A stretch of 64,000 nucleotides of DNA from Gammaproteobacteria bacterium (GTDB lineage Bacteria > Pseudomonadota > Gammaproteobacteria > Eutrophobiales > Eutrophobiaceae). Positions 22,600 to 34,451 of this stretch are shown piece by piece. The first letter of the stretch is position 1. Each line of letters begins with the position of its first letter. The notes beneath the pieces were generated by a model, which saw only the letters and a program-made list of their open reading frames with translations, made no database searches and was not told where the DNA came from. The stretch lies in contig CBDCDS010000003.1 of NCBI GenBank assembly GCA_965215365.1, positions 1,792,001 through 1,856,000 on the forward strand. Direction: 5' to 3'. The translations under genes were made by a program, and so were the position numbers.

Positions 22600-22977
22600 A
22601 TTCCTTGAGCGGGCTGCAAGTCCGCTCAAGGAATTGGCCCTGACGCTGGATTCGAACCCACGAACATAGACAACCGGGTTCGACAAATTCGCTGGGAGCG
22701 AATTTGAACAGCGTAGCTGGCCCCGCAGGGGCAAACTACAGGGACGTAGTTTGTAATCCCACCCTCTCCGCCAATTCCTTGAGCGGGCTGCAAGTCCGCT
22801 CAAGGAATTGGCCCTGACGCTGGATTCGAACCCACGAACATAGACAACCGGGTTCGACAAATTCGCTGGGAGCGAATTTGAACAGCGTAGCTGGCCCCGC
22901 AGGGGCAAACTACAGGGACGTAGTTTGTAATCCCACCCTCTCCGCCAATTCCTTGAGCGGGCTGCAAGTCCGCTCAA
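22581..22977 (+). repeat. 174-bp tandem repeat (about 2.3 copies) beginning in the tRNA-Ser 3' end
   Basis: AATCCCACCCTCTCCGCCA recurs at 22581, 22755, 22929; units appear identical. Confidence 0.95.
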
Positions 22978-24023
22978 CCCCCTCCCAGGCCAAACAACTG
23001 CACCAGATCACGGCGGTACTGAATGGAAAACTTATCCGCAGGGATGGAGACTTCGGCGGCGGGATTAAGCGGCACCGGATAAGGTCGCTGGCTTTCCACG
23101 ACCGCGATATCTTCGGCATTGGTCACTAACTGGTATTGAGCGTAATCCTCCACGGTGGCGCCGGGGATGTTGGTCAGTGTAATCTGGTAGATGGCCGTCT
23201 CGACGGCACTCACAGGCGCGGCAATGTCATAGAAATGGCTGGTCATTTCCGCCGTATAATCAACCTTGAGGTCGGTGGCGAACGGGTAGGTCAGGTCATG
23301 GGTATAATAGACTTCGCGCTCGCCGATGTGGTCGTCGTTAAACCCTCGTTCCACCTCGATGTAAGGCAGCTCCATGTGCAGGCCGCAGGCAGTGCGTTGC
23401 AGCAAATAATCTTCCAGTTGCGGACGCTGCCGGTTGCCGAAGGTTTGCATGTGTACCCAGGACAGGTGCGCGATGTCGTTAAAATTTTCGCAATGGCGGC
23501 TGGCGGAGGTCTGCCACAAGCCTTTTGGGATCTCAATTCTGAGCCAACTTGCATCGTGGTTTTCCAGCAGCGGCCATTCGGGAAGTGGCCGTAGCGGTTT
23601 ATCCTTAAGGCAGACCCAGAGCAGGCCGTAGCGCTGCACGGTCTGGTACCGGGTCAGACGCATCTGCGCCGGGATGAGCTGGTTCGGGTCCGGGTAAGAC
23701 GGGATCCTGGTGCAGGTGCCTAGGTGGTCGTAGTGGTGGCCATGGAACGGGCAGACTATGTTGGCGCGGTCATCATCCAGCCAACCCGGACTGAGCTTGG
23801 CGCCGCGATGGGGGCACTGATCTTTGGCAACTGTCAGGCCCTGTCGGGTTTGATAGATAACCAGGTCGGTATCCAGCAATCTGGCAGCCCGCGGCTCAGC
23901 ACCAAGCTCCGAGACAAAGGCCAGCGGATGCCAGAACCCGGCGAGGATGTGCCAATCGTGCTCCGCAATAGCACTGTCAGCCGGATAATCGGTGCTATTG
24001 GTTTGAGTGGTCGGCAGGTACAT
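22974..24023 (-). CDS. Rieske non-heme iron oxygenase alpha subunit (VanA/NdmA/SxtT-like)
   Basis: CPHRG...CPFHG Rieske motif; ENFNDIAHLSWVH iron site. Confidence 0.92.
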   Translation of the reverse strand: MYLPTTQTNSTDYPADSAIAEHDWHILAGFWHPLAFVSELGAEPRAARLLDTDLVIYQTRQGLTVAKDQCPHRGAKLSPGWLDDDRANIVCPFHGHHYDHLGTCTRIPSYPDPNQLIPAQMRLTRYQTVQRYGLLWVCLKDKPLRPLPEWPLLENHDASWLRIEIPKGLWQTSASRHCENFNDIAHLSWVHMQTFGNRQRPQLEDYLLQRTACGLHMELPYIEVERGFNDDHIGEREVYYTHDLTYPFATDLKVDYTAEMTSHFYDIAAPVSAVETAIYQITLTNIPGATVEDYAQYQLVTNAEDIAVVESQRPYPVPLNPAAEVSIPADKFSIQYRRDLVQLFGLGGG

Positions 24024-24024
24024 G

Positions 24025-24993
24025 TCAAGCTACTCCGAAATCCATGCCCAGGGCTTTGAGGTGGCGGCGATATTTTGAGGTGAACAAGTCCGAACGCAGG
24101 TGCAGTTCCTCGCTTAAGTCCATGGGCAACAGTTCCGGTCGCTGGGATTCCAAGATGGGGATATCCTGGCCAATGATCAGGCTGTGAAAGTCTTCGATAT
24201 CCTGCTCAGTCAAATCCGCCGCATAATTGTACGCGGCGATGAAGTGCGCCCAGGATCGGGTTTCACTTTCCGGCCGGACAGCGAACATCAGCACAAATTT
24301 CTCCTTATTGGCGCGCCCGCCGATGTGCTTGACAAAATAGACCGTCAACGGCGCTAAGATGCCGAAGTCGTACCAGGCATCGCCGCCTTTGCCGGTGCCG
24401 TCCGGGTCCGGCTGGAAATAGCGCACATCCTTGACCAACAAGCCGTCTTCATTTTCTTCCACCTGATAGTCATCGATCACCGCGTGCGTGCGCGCTCCCA
24501 GTATGCCGTCGTGCAGGATGGGCGGGTGCGACAGGTCCAAAAAGTTCTCCACCACCCGCGGGGCGGCGGCATTGATTGAGTAGGGACCACAGGGGATGAC
24601 CCGGTAATCCGGGTCGTTGAGCTGGGGTAAATCGGGCAACGGCCGGGTGGCATTGCCCAGGTTGACCCAGATCAGGCCGGCATGTTCGCGCGCCTGATAG
24701 ACTGCGCTCGCCCGGGCCTTGGCCGGTATCCTGAGCTCAGGATGGGCGGGGATAAATTCACACTGGCCGTCCCGGTTGTATTCCCAACCGTGATAAGCGC
24801 AACGCAGGCGGTTGTTGCAGACGCGACCCAGGCTCAGCCTGACGCCGCGATGCACGCACAGGTCTTTCCAGGCACAGACCTGGTGTCCCGCCCGCCACAG
24901 CACCAGGTCTTCACCCAGCACGGTGGCCGAGTTGGGCTTGTCAGCGGCCAGGTCGCGGGCCCGACCCACCGGGTGCCAGTAGTGTTCAATCAT
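24025..24993 (-). CDS. Rieske non-heme iron oxygenase alpha subunit (VanA/NdmA/SxtT-like)
   Basis: CVHRG...CAYHGW; ENFLDLSHPPILH; start MIEHYWHP chosen. Confidence 0.92.
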   Translation of the reverse strand: MIEHYWHPVGRARDLAADKPNSATVLGEDLVLWRAGHQVCAWKDLCVHRGVRLSLGRVCNNRLRCAYHGWEYNRDGQCEFIPAHPELRIPAKARASAVYQAREHAGLIWVNLGNATRPLPDLPQLNDPDYRVIPCGPYSINAAAPRVVENFLDLSHPPILHDGILGARTHAVIDDYQVEENEDGLLVKDVRYFQPDPDGTGKGGDAWYDFGILAPLTVYFVKHIGGRANKEKFVLMFAVRPESETRSWAHFIAAYNYAADLTEQDIEDFHSLIIGQDIPILESQRPELLPMDLSEELHLRSDLFTSKYRRHLKALGMDFGVA

Positions 24994-25124
24994 CTTGGTT
25001 ACCTGACAACGAACTATCACCGACGATGGTATGAAAAGGAATAGTTGCGAGTAACGATGATATATCTGAAATTCACTTCTTCTGCGGGTTCATGCACTGT
25101 GATAGCATTTGTCCGAAGGTAACC

Positions 25125-25955
25125 ATGAATATATTTAACAAAGATCAGCCATTCAAGTTCGGCAAAGCGGCTTTTCCAAACGGCGGCCGTTATGGGCCGG
25201 TCACCCATGAACACCTGGACGTGACCGTGCTCCTGCAAGGAGAGGCGCGGGTGATTGTTGACGAGACCGAACACCGTTGTGTTGCCGGTTACTCGGTGTT
25301 TGCCTATTCCGAACAACGCTACGAAATGATTTTCCCCAAGGGAACCGGCCATTATGTCTATTGGTGCCACACCGGCGAGTTAGCCATGCCGCACCAGAAT
25401 AAAACCTGGCTTAAATCAATCCCGCGCGCAATTCCAACATCAAAATTGCTGGCGTTACTCATTGATCAGGGCATCGCCTTAGGACACAGTGAGGGGGTGA
25501 GCCTGGAGCGGCTGCGCAACTCCATGGGCGAGGCGGTTTTTAACGAGTATTTCCACCGGGCCAACCTCGAAGAGGAGGATCGCAAGTACCCGCGCGCGGT
25601 GGCGCGGGCCAAACATTATATCGACAACCATTTCACCACCCCCTGTGACCTGAACAAAATCGCCGATTTTGCCAACTTGAATCCGCGCTATCTGCTGCGC
25701 CTGTTCAAACAGCATATCGGCATTACCCCCACCCGCTATCTATGGCATTTGCGGGCCGAAAAAGGGGTTTACCTGCTGCACCAATCCCGACTGAACATCA
25801 ACCAGATAGCCGAGCAGTGCGGCTTCCAGTCGCCGCACCACTTCTCACGCCACATCAAGGAACACTACGGCAAATCCCCCACGCAACTACGTCACGTAAC
25901 AACGTCCCGCGATCCTTACCAGTTCAACCGCGACGTGCCTGATGTTCGTTATTGA
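25125..25955 (+). CDS. AraC family transcriptional regulator
   Basis: N-terminal cupin-like domain, C-terminal double HTH (YLLRLFKQHIGITP; IAEQCGFQSPHHFSR); divergent from Rieske pair. Confidence 0.92.
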   Translation: MNIFNKDQPFKFGKAAFPNGGRYGPVTHEHLDVTVLLQGEARVIVDETEHRCVAGYSVFAYSEQRYEMIFPKGTGHYVYWCHTGELAMPHQNKTWLKSIPRAIPTSKLLALLIDQGIALGHSEGVSLERLRNSMGEAVFNEYFHRANLEEEDRKYPRAVARAKHYIDNHFTTPCDLNKIADFANLNPRYLLRLFKQHIGITPTRYLWHLRAEKGVYLLHQSRLNINQIAEQCGFQSPHHFSRHIKEHYGKSPTQLRHVTTSRDPYQFNRDVPDVRY

Positions 25956-26011
25956 CCTCTGCTAGAATGACTGACAATCAGGCAACAAACAGGTCCCGGG
26001 ATGAAGCAACC

Positions 26012-29000
26012 ATGAACGCATCAATCGCGCAAAAAACCATCGACGCGGCGCTCAATAAAGCAGTTGATATGAACCCGCAGGAGACCGATGGTCAGTGGCT
26101 GGAAGTCATCACTGTGGAGGCCGGCCCATATATCAGAGAATGGGACCTCGCACAGTGCTGGCATTGGCAACAGTGGCCGCACCGGAAGGAGCACTTCCCG
26201 AACACCACCGGGCTGGATGTGGGCATAGACGCCGTCGCCAAGCGGCGCAGCGATGGGCGATACATTGCCATCCAGTGCAAGTCGCGTCAGCTTGACAGTG
26301 AGGGGTGCGGCGCGTCAATCAAAAGTGACGAGATAGCTAAATTTGCTGCTGCAGCCAATTCGGACTTCTGGGCCGAGCGCTGGGTCGTCACCAATGGTAA
26401 CAATCCGCTTGCCAGTGGCGCGGCGCAGTCAGCATCAATGCAAGGTAAGCCGCTCAAGCTCTTCAATATCACCAGCGACCTGCAGCGGCAGCGAGATGCG
26501 CATGCCGCAATGTCATATCAGCAGGAAAGCAAACAACAAAATCCCGATGATAACGATAAGGGGTTGCAGACAAAATCAGCCATGCAAGACGAAGCCGTCG
26601 CCACCAGCGTGCGCCTGCTCAAGGCACAAGTCGATTCAGACAGCGGCGGACTGCCCAAGGGCGAGGCCCGAGGGCGAATCATTCTGCCCTGCGGCACCGG
26701 CAAGACGCGCATATCACTACGCATCATAGAGAAGCTGACTCCGCCGGGCAAACTGTCCATCGTGCTGTGCCCGTCCATCGCGCTGGTAGCCCAGATCAGG
26801 CGCGAATACCTGCAACACGCGTCTGATGCAATAGACGTGTTGGCGGTCTGCTCGGATGCCACAGCCGGCTACGATCCCAAAAAGGAAGGAAGCCGTAATG
26901 CCACCCTGGATCCGACTGTCGATAACAGCAATGTCAGCGCCAGTGAGGTCAAGGGCAGGGTGACCACCGAGCCGGGAGAAATAGCCGACTGGATGCGCCA
27001 GCAGGTTTTCGATAACGGCGGCGCTCCTGCTAACAGCATCAGGGTTCTCATCGGCACTTACCAGAGCAGCGCCAAAGTATCGACAGCCCTGCTGTGCGCC
27101 GGCGTCAAGGCCTGTGTAATGATTGCCGACGAAGCGCACCGGACGGCAGGGCTGAAACGCAGAAACTCCCAATCCGCCGCTGCCAACGAGGCAGAACAGC
27201 GTCTGCGCGACTTCACTATCTGCCATGACCGCGAGCGATTTCCTGCTACGTACCGTGTCTATCAGACCGCTACGCCGCGTATTTACGATGGCAAGGCGGC
27301 CACTGACACCGGCAATCCCAACTGGATTGTCCGCTCCATGGACGATGAAACGACCTTCGGGGTGGAGCTGTACCGCAAGAGTTACCTGGAAGCCGTGCGT
27401 AACCGTTGGTTGTCGGACTATCGTATTATTGCCATGGGTATTAACGACCCCGAGGCGTATAAGACGGCGAACGCACTGGCAAAGGAGACCAAAAGTACCG
27501 GGCGTAACCAGTTGACCAGCACCGATTACCTGCGCGGGCTGGCATTCGCGCTGACGATGGGCGGCGCCACGCAGGGCAGGGAAGTGGACATACGCTCGGC
27601 TATCGCCTTTATGAACACGGTGGATAAGTCCAAAAACATGGCGGCAGACCTGCAGACTGAGACCGTGAAGGAATGGGTTTCACGCTGGCTCAGCGAAAAC
27701 ACAGACGGCAAGACCCTATCCGATTACAGCCTCGAACACCTGGACGCATCTTCCAACGCTGTGGCGCGTGACACCGCGCAGGGGCGACTGGCTGGCGCGG
27801 ACTCGGCGCATCCTCACGGCATCATCAATGTGGGCATATTCGGCGAGGGCACCGACTCGCCATCATTGAGCGCGGTAGCGTTTCTGGAAGCCCGCAAGAG
27901 CCCCATAGATGTCGTGCAAGCTGTTGGACGCGCGATGCGCACTGCACCTGGCAAGCAGCTGGGTTACATCATCTGTCCCATTCCGATTCCACCTGCTGCC
28001 GACCCCGAGAAGTGGCTGAGCACCAGCGCCCCCGAGGAAGGATGGCAGGAATTGGGACAAATACTGCTCGCGTTACGCGCCCACGACCAGCGTATTGAGG
28101 AGAACCTTGAGGAACTCCTGCACCTGTACATCCCCAAGCCACCGCCGGTAGCGCGCACCCTGGTGGCGCTCGCCACGGGAGCAGGTATGCGCATACAGTA
28201 TGGTGAGGTTAAAGGACCGCCCGGCGCCGCGCAGGCGGCGGTCGAGCAGGCGTTGGCAGGCAAGAGCCGCACCGCCGCGGGAATACAACGCTTGCACGAA
28301 CAGCCCGCCGCTGAGAGCGAGGCCGGGATATCAGGTGTGCGTGAAGAACCCGCCGACTACAGCAAGCCTGCCGCCGGCGACGCAGTGGAGTTCACGCAGC
28401 TCATTACCGGCAAGCAGCACGAGGACGGCGCCATTGAACTGCGCACCGACTCCGTAGCTCGCGACCAGCCGAAGGCCGGCGCGGCGCGAGGCATCGTGAA
28501 CATACAGAAAACCAAAGCCAAAGCCCGCAAGATGATCAATACCGGTGAAGGCGGCATTCGCTTGCCGGCGGGCAAGGCACGCAAGCCCGGCAAAACCGCC
28601 CGGCAACGAGCCGAGGAACGCGGCCAGCTGCTACTCAAGTTGAGCGGACTGGAAGACCATGGCCGCGCCATTAAGATGAACCTGTTGACCAAGTCCGGGC
28701 TGAGCGGCCAGCGCGTCATACGTGATTTGAATATACTGGAAGGCAGCGTCAACGAAGCGGCGCGTCACTTGCGCGCGGATGAGTTACAGCCGGCGCTGAA
28801 CCGCCACTTCGGGCTGGACCAGCTCAAGGAAACGAACAAGCAGCAGGCGGACGGCTGCACCACCGCCGCACTGTTGCTGATGAACGCCGCCATGCTGCAT
28901 CAGCGCGTCGCCAACGGCGGCTGGCTGCCGGGCATCAACGATCTTGCCAACATCAAAAATGAGCCTGAAGTGGTGCAAAAATTGAGCCGGGAATGGGAAC

Positions 29001-31866
29001 GCATTATGCGCCACGACTTCCGGCCGGTGCTGGAACCTGCGCTGGAAGCCATCTATGCCATTGAGGAAACCGGCAAAACAGCCGGGCTGCAACGGGCCTT
29101 ACACCACCTTGCCGCGGAGGCAGAGCGCATCGCAGAAACCTACGCAGACATGGGCGCCGACCATGCGGGGCCATTGTTTAACCGCGTCATGGGCAACCAG
29201 GCCTCAGACGGTGCCTTCTTTACCCGACCCGTGGCCGCGTCGCTGGCCGCCCGGCTGACGCTTGATGCCTGCGGCGACCAGGACTGGTCTGACCCCGAGG
29301 TATGGTGCGCGCACAAGACCGTCGATCTGGCCTGTGGCAGCGGCACGCTGCTGGCCGCCATGCTCACCGACATGAAGCGCCGGGCCAGCGCGCGCGGCGC
29401 GGACACAGAAGCCCTGACCGCCCTGCAAAAAATCGCAGTGGAAGACACCATCAAAGGGCTGGATATCAACCCGGTATCACTGCAACTGGCAGCCTCGCAA
29501 CTCACCGCCGGCAACCAGCGCGTCAGCTATCGGAGAATGGGATTGCACCTCATGCCCTACGGCCCCGACCGTCATGCCCCGGACCGAGTCTATGCCGGCA
29601 CGCTGGAACTATTGGGACAACGAGCTGTAGTGCAACGGCCGAACGAACTGGATCTGGGCGACGCCGCCATCGGTTCGCAAGCAACATGGGAGACAACGGA
29701 TGCCGCCGAACTGGAAGATGCCGTGGAGGCAGTGCAGGGCGCGCGTATTGTCATTATGAACCCGCCGTTTACCAACCGTTCAAAGATGGGCGAGAAGTTT
29801 CCTGCCGAGACGCAAAAGTCCCTGCGTCACCGCGCCGACCGGATGGAACAAATACTGGTACGCAACGATGAATTGTTGTCCGATTTTGTTGACAAGAACG
29901 CACTTGAACCATTGTTCACGGCTCTATCCGATAAGTGTGTGCAGGAGGAGAATGGCGTTCTGACAATGATCAATCCCACCGTTGCCCTTTGTGCACCGTC
30001 TGCACTGAACAAACGGCAAATCATGGCACAACGCTTTCATATCCACACCATACTGACATCGCACCAGCCTAAAAATGTCAACCTGAGCCAGCATACCGAC
30101 ATCAATGAAAGCATCGTGGTGATGCGACGGCATGACGGCAATAAACCGCGAACTCGGTTCATCAGCCTCGATAGATTGCCCGCCGATGAAAGTGAAGTTG
30201 CCGAGTTTCATCAATCCTTACTGAACTGCAAGAAAGGATTGATCCCCAACGGATGGGGGGAGGTTTCCTATTGGCCCGCGAGCCGCATGGGGGCTGGCGA
30301 TTGGACGGCCGCTATCTGGCGCTCCTCGGAGTTGGCGGAAGCCGCGTACCAGTTCGCCAATCACGAGTCACTTCTGTCAATGGAGACGCAGGACATGGTG
30401 CCGTCCGCGGTGTTAAGTGGGGGCGGACAGATGCGTGATTTTGGACAAGCCGAAATTGATGCGTTAGGTGTTTTTCCTGTCCTGTATTCCAAGAGCGCGG
30501 AGATCCAGCGGACCATTCTAGGCGTACCCGATCAGCACTGGGCACCAAGAAGACATGTTCCACGCACTGAGTGGGTTAAGGTGCCTGGAATCGACGATCT
30601 TCAACACCCTCTCACTGCTGGGCGTATCGTCCCGTCAGCCTCCTACCTGTTAGTGACAAGCGGCCAAAACTCCGCCACAGGTCGCCTAACCCAAGTTTAA
30701 CATTTTTCGCCTGTTGGGGCGGGAAATCGGGGTAATTTTGGCAGGTTTTCGGTTGTAAGTCATTGATTTATTATGGTGGTGGTGGCGGGAGGCAGCAATG
30801 TAGTGCCATAATCTTTATTTTTCTGTTGACACACCTTGTCATCGCCGGTAGGCTGTCCCGTATGTTCATCCGCCGCACCAAAACCCGTACCACCGCCACC
30901 TTCCGCCGGGACGACGGGCGCACCCTGCATGTGCGTAAGGCTACCCTCGCCGAACCGCCCCAGCAGGCACTCTACGAGGCACTCGGTATCAGCACCGCAC
31001 CGGGAGGAGTCCGAAAGAACATCGTCTGAGCCCGGCAACACGTATTCCAGTACCCACTTGTAGTGCCACTCGGCCCGCCAGAACTGCGTAACCGGCTGAT
31101 ATACAACAAGTTCGTTCAGACCTATGTTAAACTTGGGCTAACGGCTGTAGCGCAGCAGAAGCTATGTGTGGGCACCGGCTGGCTTCCCGTGCCGGGCGTG
31201 ACACTGCAACAAGCAAAGGCGCTCGCTGTCTTCCTTAACTCGACACCGGGGCGGCTACAACTCATGCGGAATGCTGGCAAAAATATAACATATCCCCAAT
31301 ACAATCCGGCAGCCTCGAAAGTCGTTCGCGTACCCAACGTTACGGATGAGCGCACTATCGAGTGGCTCGCGCGCTGCTGGGAACAGACAACCGAAACCGA
31401 AGTCCCCCAATACCGCGACGGCGACTGCGAAGTGCGCCGCCTGTGGGATGAGGCCGTCGCCGAGGCCTTATGCTGGGATGCCGCCGAGCTTGAACGCTTG
31501 CGCCGGTTGCTGCACGCCGAACCCCACGTGCGCGGTTTGGGCTACGGGCAGTACGCCGATGCAGTGGAGCTCGACCCCGCAGACCGTCAACGCTTCACAG
31601 AACTCGCCGACCGCTGGGAAATGGAAACCATGCTCGAGTCCAATACAGCACATGCGGTCGAACATCCGGCGCACAAGGAAATCATCAGCATGGGCGAATC
31701 GGTAGTGCCCCTGATACTGGAACGGATGCGAGGAGAGAGGGGGCACTGGTTTTTCGCCTTACGCGCCATCACAGGAGACAATCCTGTGAAGCCAGCCGAC
31801 AGAGGCAAGGTCGCAGTCATGGAGCAGGCCTGGCTGCAGTGGGGCGAAGTCAATGGATACGTCTGA
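26012..31866 (+). pseudogene. Type ISP-like restriction-modification enzyme (Mrr-like nuclease + SF2 helicase + N6-adenine MTase + TRD) interrupted by a mini-IS
   Basis: DVGIDAVA...IAIQCK; LPCGTGKT, DEAH, TATP, QAVGRAMR; DLACGSGT, MNPPF; removing 30690-31141 rejoins TGRL-TAVAQQ in frame with ORF 31063..31866. Confidence 0.88.
30690..31137 (+). mobile_element. 448-bp internally deleted IS1634-like element
   Basis: 14-bp TIR CCCAAGTTTAACAT / ATGTTAAACTTGGG; CTAA duplicated at 30686-30689 and 31138-31141; mini-ORF 30862-31029 fuses MFIRRTKTR to DGRTLHVRKAT..EP.Q..LY.ALGI transposase ends. Confidence 0.88.
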
Positions 31867-32248
31867 TTTCAGGCAAACGCTTATAGAGCTATTCCCAAGA
31901 CTTTCTGTATCGCGTATGCCGCCGGCGACGTGAGCCAGTGGTGGGGCACTCTGGCAGAAGAAGATTACTGGCCCGATTACGCCACGCGCTCGACAAGCAT
32001 GGGAAGCCTCATTGAAGTGTTTGCTGGTCTCGGCTATCAGCAATGCCAAGACAGCAGTCTTGAAAGCGGCTACGAAAAGGTCGCGCTGTATGAAGCACAG
32101 GAAACATGCAGCATTACAGACCCCCACTGGACGCTGGCGCAGCAAGATGGGAGTAGGTCCGCTCATTGAACACTTCAGCCCGGAGTCGCTCTCCGGTGGG
32201 GTGTACGGCAAGCCGACCATCTACATGCTCAGGTCTATAAATTCCTGA
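31853..32248 (+). pseudogene. DUF7689-like small protein, frameshifted/deleted
   Basis: Pieces across frames: ...ELFPRL / CIAYAAGD..WW....YWP...LGY..C....LE.GYEKVALY / HAALQ...GRWRSKMG....IEH.......GGVYG; family name from recall. Confidence 0.6.
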
Positions 32249-33371
32249 CCACCACCAGTAATAACACGCAGGCCAGGATGGCGGCGCTGACGGAGGCCAG
32301 GCCCAGGCCGGTGTAGTCGTACCACTCGATCAGGGTGCCGGCAAACGCCGGACCGACGGCAAAACCCAGCAAGTAGGCAGAGCCGGCTGCTGCGGCCCAG
32401 CGGCCCTGTGGGTCCAGCGCTGCGGCCAGGCCGAACAGGTAGGGGACGGAGAAATAGAAGAACAATACAGACAGTACCAGCACCACCACGAACACGACGG
32501 GATGGGTGTTGGTACATAACACCAGTGCGATGATGGAAAAGGCCGCCAGGAATACCGAGATGGGCAGTGCCCGGCCCTGGCGTACATTCAGCCAGGTGGC
32601 CAAACCGGCACCGGCAAAACCCACCACCGCGCCGGCAGTCAGCGCATAACCGACCTGGCTGGTTGACAGCCCGGCGCGTTCGCCTAACGGCGCGGTGAAT
32701 GTATAGATGGCGGCGGATGCGGTCAGATAAATAAATATCCCCGCCAGGGTAGCCAGCCCCAGCCACGGCGCGGCTGCGGGTTGGTCGGTTTTCATTGCTG
32801 TTGTCACCGCCTGACCCCCGCTCGGCAGCCAGCGGAAGCATACCATTAGCATCAGGGTCAGGCCGGCGATCATGCCGTATATACCCCGGTGGGCATACAG
32901 GTCGGTCAGGTAGCCGCCGAGGCTGAACAGAATGCTGCTCAGCACCGCCCAGGTGACCTGGATATAGCCGTATAGCTTATCGGGGTTGGCGGAGCGTGCC
33001 GCCACCGCCGCCAGAGATGCGGCGTACACCAGCCCGGCGCCGGCACCGGCAATACCTCTCATTGCCACCAGCAGGGCGAGTTCGGTGGTTACAATCGAGA
33101 GCAGCTGGGCAACTACCGCGGTGGCCGTAGCAATCAGGCACAAGCGGCGGCATGACAGTTTCGGCAAAAACGGAGCGATAACGATGGCGGTGAGCGCCAG
33201 CACGATAAACTCCGCAAACGCCACGAAACCGGCCTGTTGCTCCGTCAGTTCCAGACCGATGATGACGCCGCCCACGACCAGCGGCGACATTTGCGTGACC
33301 AACCCGCCCGCTAACTGGGCGGCGATAACGGCAAGGACAAACTTCAGCGGGTCAACCACGCGCGCCAGCAT
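32235..33371 (-). CDS. MFS transporter
   Basis: About 12 hydrophobic segments, MRGIAGAGAG, AAALDPQGRW, GPAFAG. Confidence 0.9.
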   Translation of the reverse strand: MLARVVDPLKFVLAVIAAQLAGGLVTQMSPLVVGGVIIGLELTEQQAGFVAFAEFIVLALTAIVIAPFLPKLSCRRLCLIATATAVVAQLLSIVTTELALLVAMRGIAGAGAGLVYAASLAAVAARSANPDKLYGYIQVTWAVLSSILFSLGGYLTDLYAHRGIYGMIAGLTLMLMVCFRWLPSGGQAVTTAMKTDQPAAAPWLGLATLAGIFIYLTASAAIYTFTAPLGERAGLSTSQVGYALTAGAVVGFAGAGLATWLNVRQGRALPISVFLAAFSIIALVLCTNTHPVVFVVVLVLSVLFFYFSVPYLFGLAAALDPQGRWAAAAGSAYLLGFAVGPAFAGTLIEWYDYTGLGLASVSAAILACVLLLVVVRNL

Positions 33372-34451
33372 AGGGTGTCAACATCTACCAACTATACACG
33401 ATCTCCCCACCCAGCATGCGCGGCGTATTGGGCACCAGGGTGTGCCAGCCGGAGTTCCTGAAGTCGAAGGTCTGGATGCGATAGGCGGTGTTGGACAGGT
33501 TTTTGCCCCAGAACGCGAGTTCCAGGCTGTCGTCCGCGGAAAACCAGGACACGCGCGCGCCTGCCAGCCAGTGGCTCTTGGCGCGCACATCGCTGCGGTT
33601 TTCTATGGTGTGGAACACCTCGTCGGTCCAGCTCCAGTTGAAAGAGGCGGCGATCTTGCCGCCCATCAGGGCCGGCGTCGGCCATTCGTAGCGCGCCAGA
33701 CCGGTGAACTGCCATTCCGGCGAATACACATTGCTGTTGCCGGTCAGGTCTTCCCCGGTGATGGGGCGTCCGAAGGTACCGAATTGTGTATCTAGGTGGC
33801 TCAGTCCGAACAGCAGCTCCATGCGCTCCAGCGGACTGAGCAGGAATTCCAATTCGCCGCCGTAATAATCAGCCTGGGGCGCGTTGCCGATCACGAATAT
33901 CGGGCCGAACGCGCCCTGGGTCTGGTCGAACACCTGCAAGTCCTCGTAGTCATAGTAGAACGCCGCGGCGTTGAGCCGCGCGCGTCCATCCCACCAGGTG
34001 GACTTGAAGCCACCTTCCACCGCCAGTAGTGTTTCGTCTTCATAGATGTTGAATTCCAGCGGATCTGCAAAACCGACGTTGATGCCGCCACTTTTGTAAC
34101 AGGTGCCGACGCTGGCATACACCAGCCAGTCGTCGTTGGGGGTATAGTCAATGTTCACCTTCCAGAATACATCCTCATAGGTCCGGGCGCCGCTGCTACC
34201 CGGGTCAAATGGCACCTGGGGGATGGGCGGCACGAAATCATTCGGATCAGGGTGGGTGCTGCGATGCCTCAGATCAATCTCATCCCGGGTGTAACGCAAC
34301 CCGACGCTGACCTTCCACCGTTCAGTAAACTGGTAGCCGGCATTGGCGAACACCGCCAGGGATTCCTGATTCTGGTCGAACCACTGAAACGTGGAGCCAA
34401 AAGTTCGGAACTGGTATTCGTTGTACGAATCCAGCTTATCTTTGGCAGTAA

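Noticed and set aside
22581-22977. Possible CRISPR array
   Set aside because: Units are identical 174-bp tandem copies with no unique spacers and no cas genes
22528-22977. 149-aa ORF with internal repeat
   Set aside because: Antisense reading of tRNA-Ser and its tandem repeats
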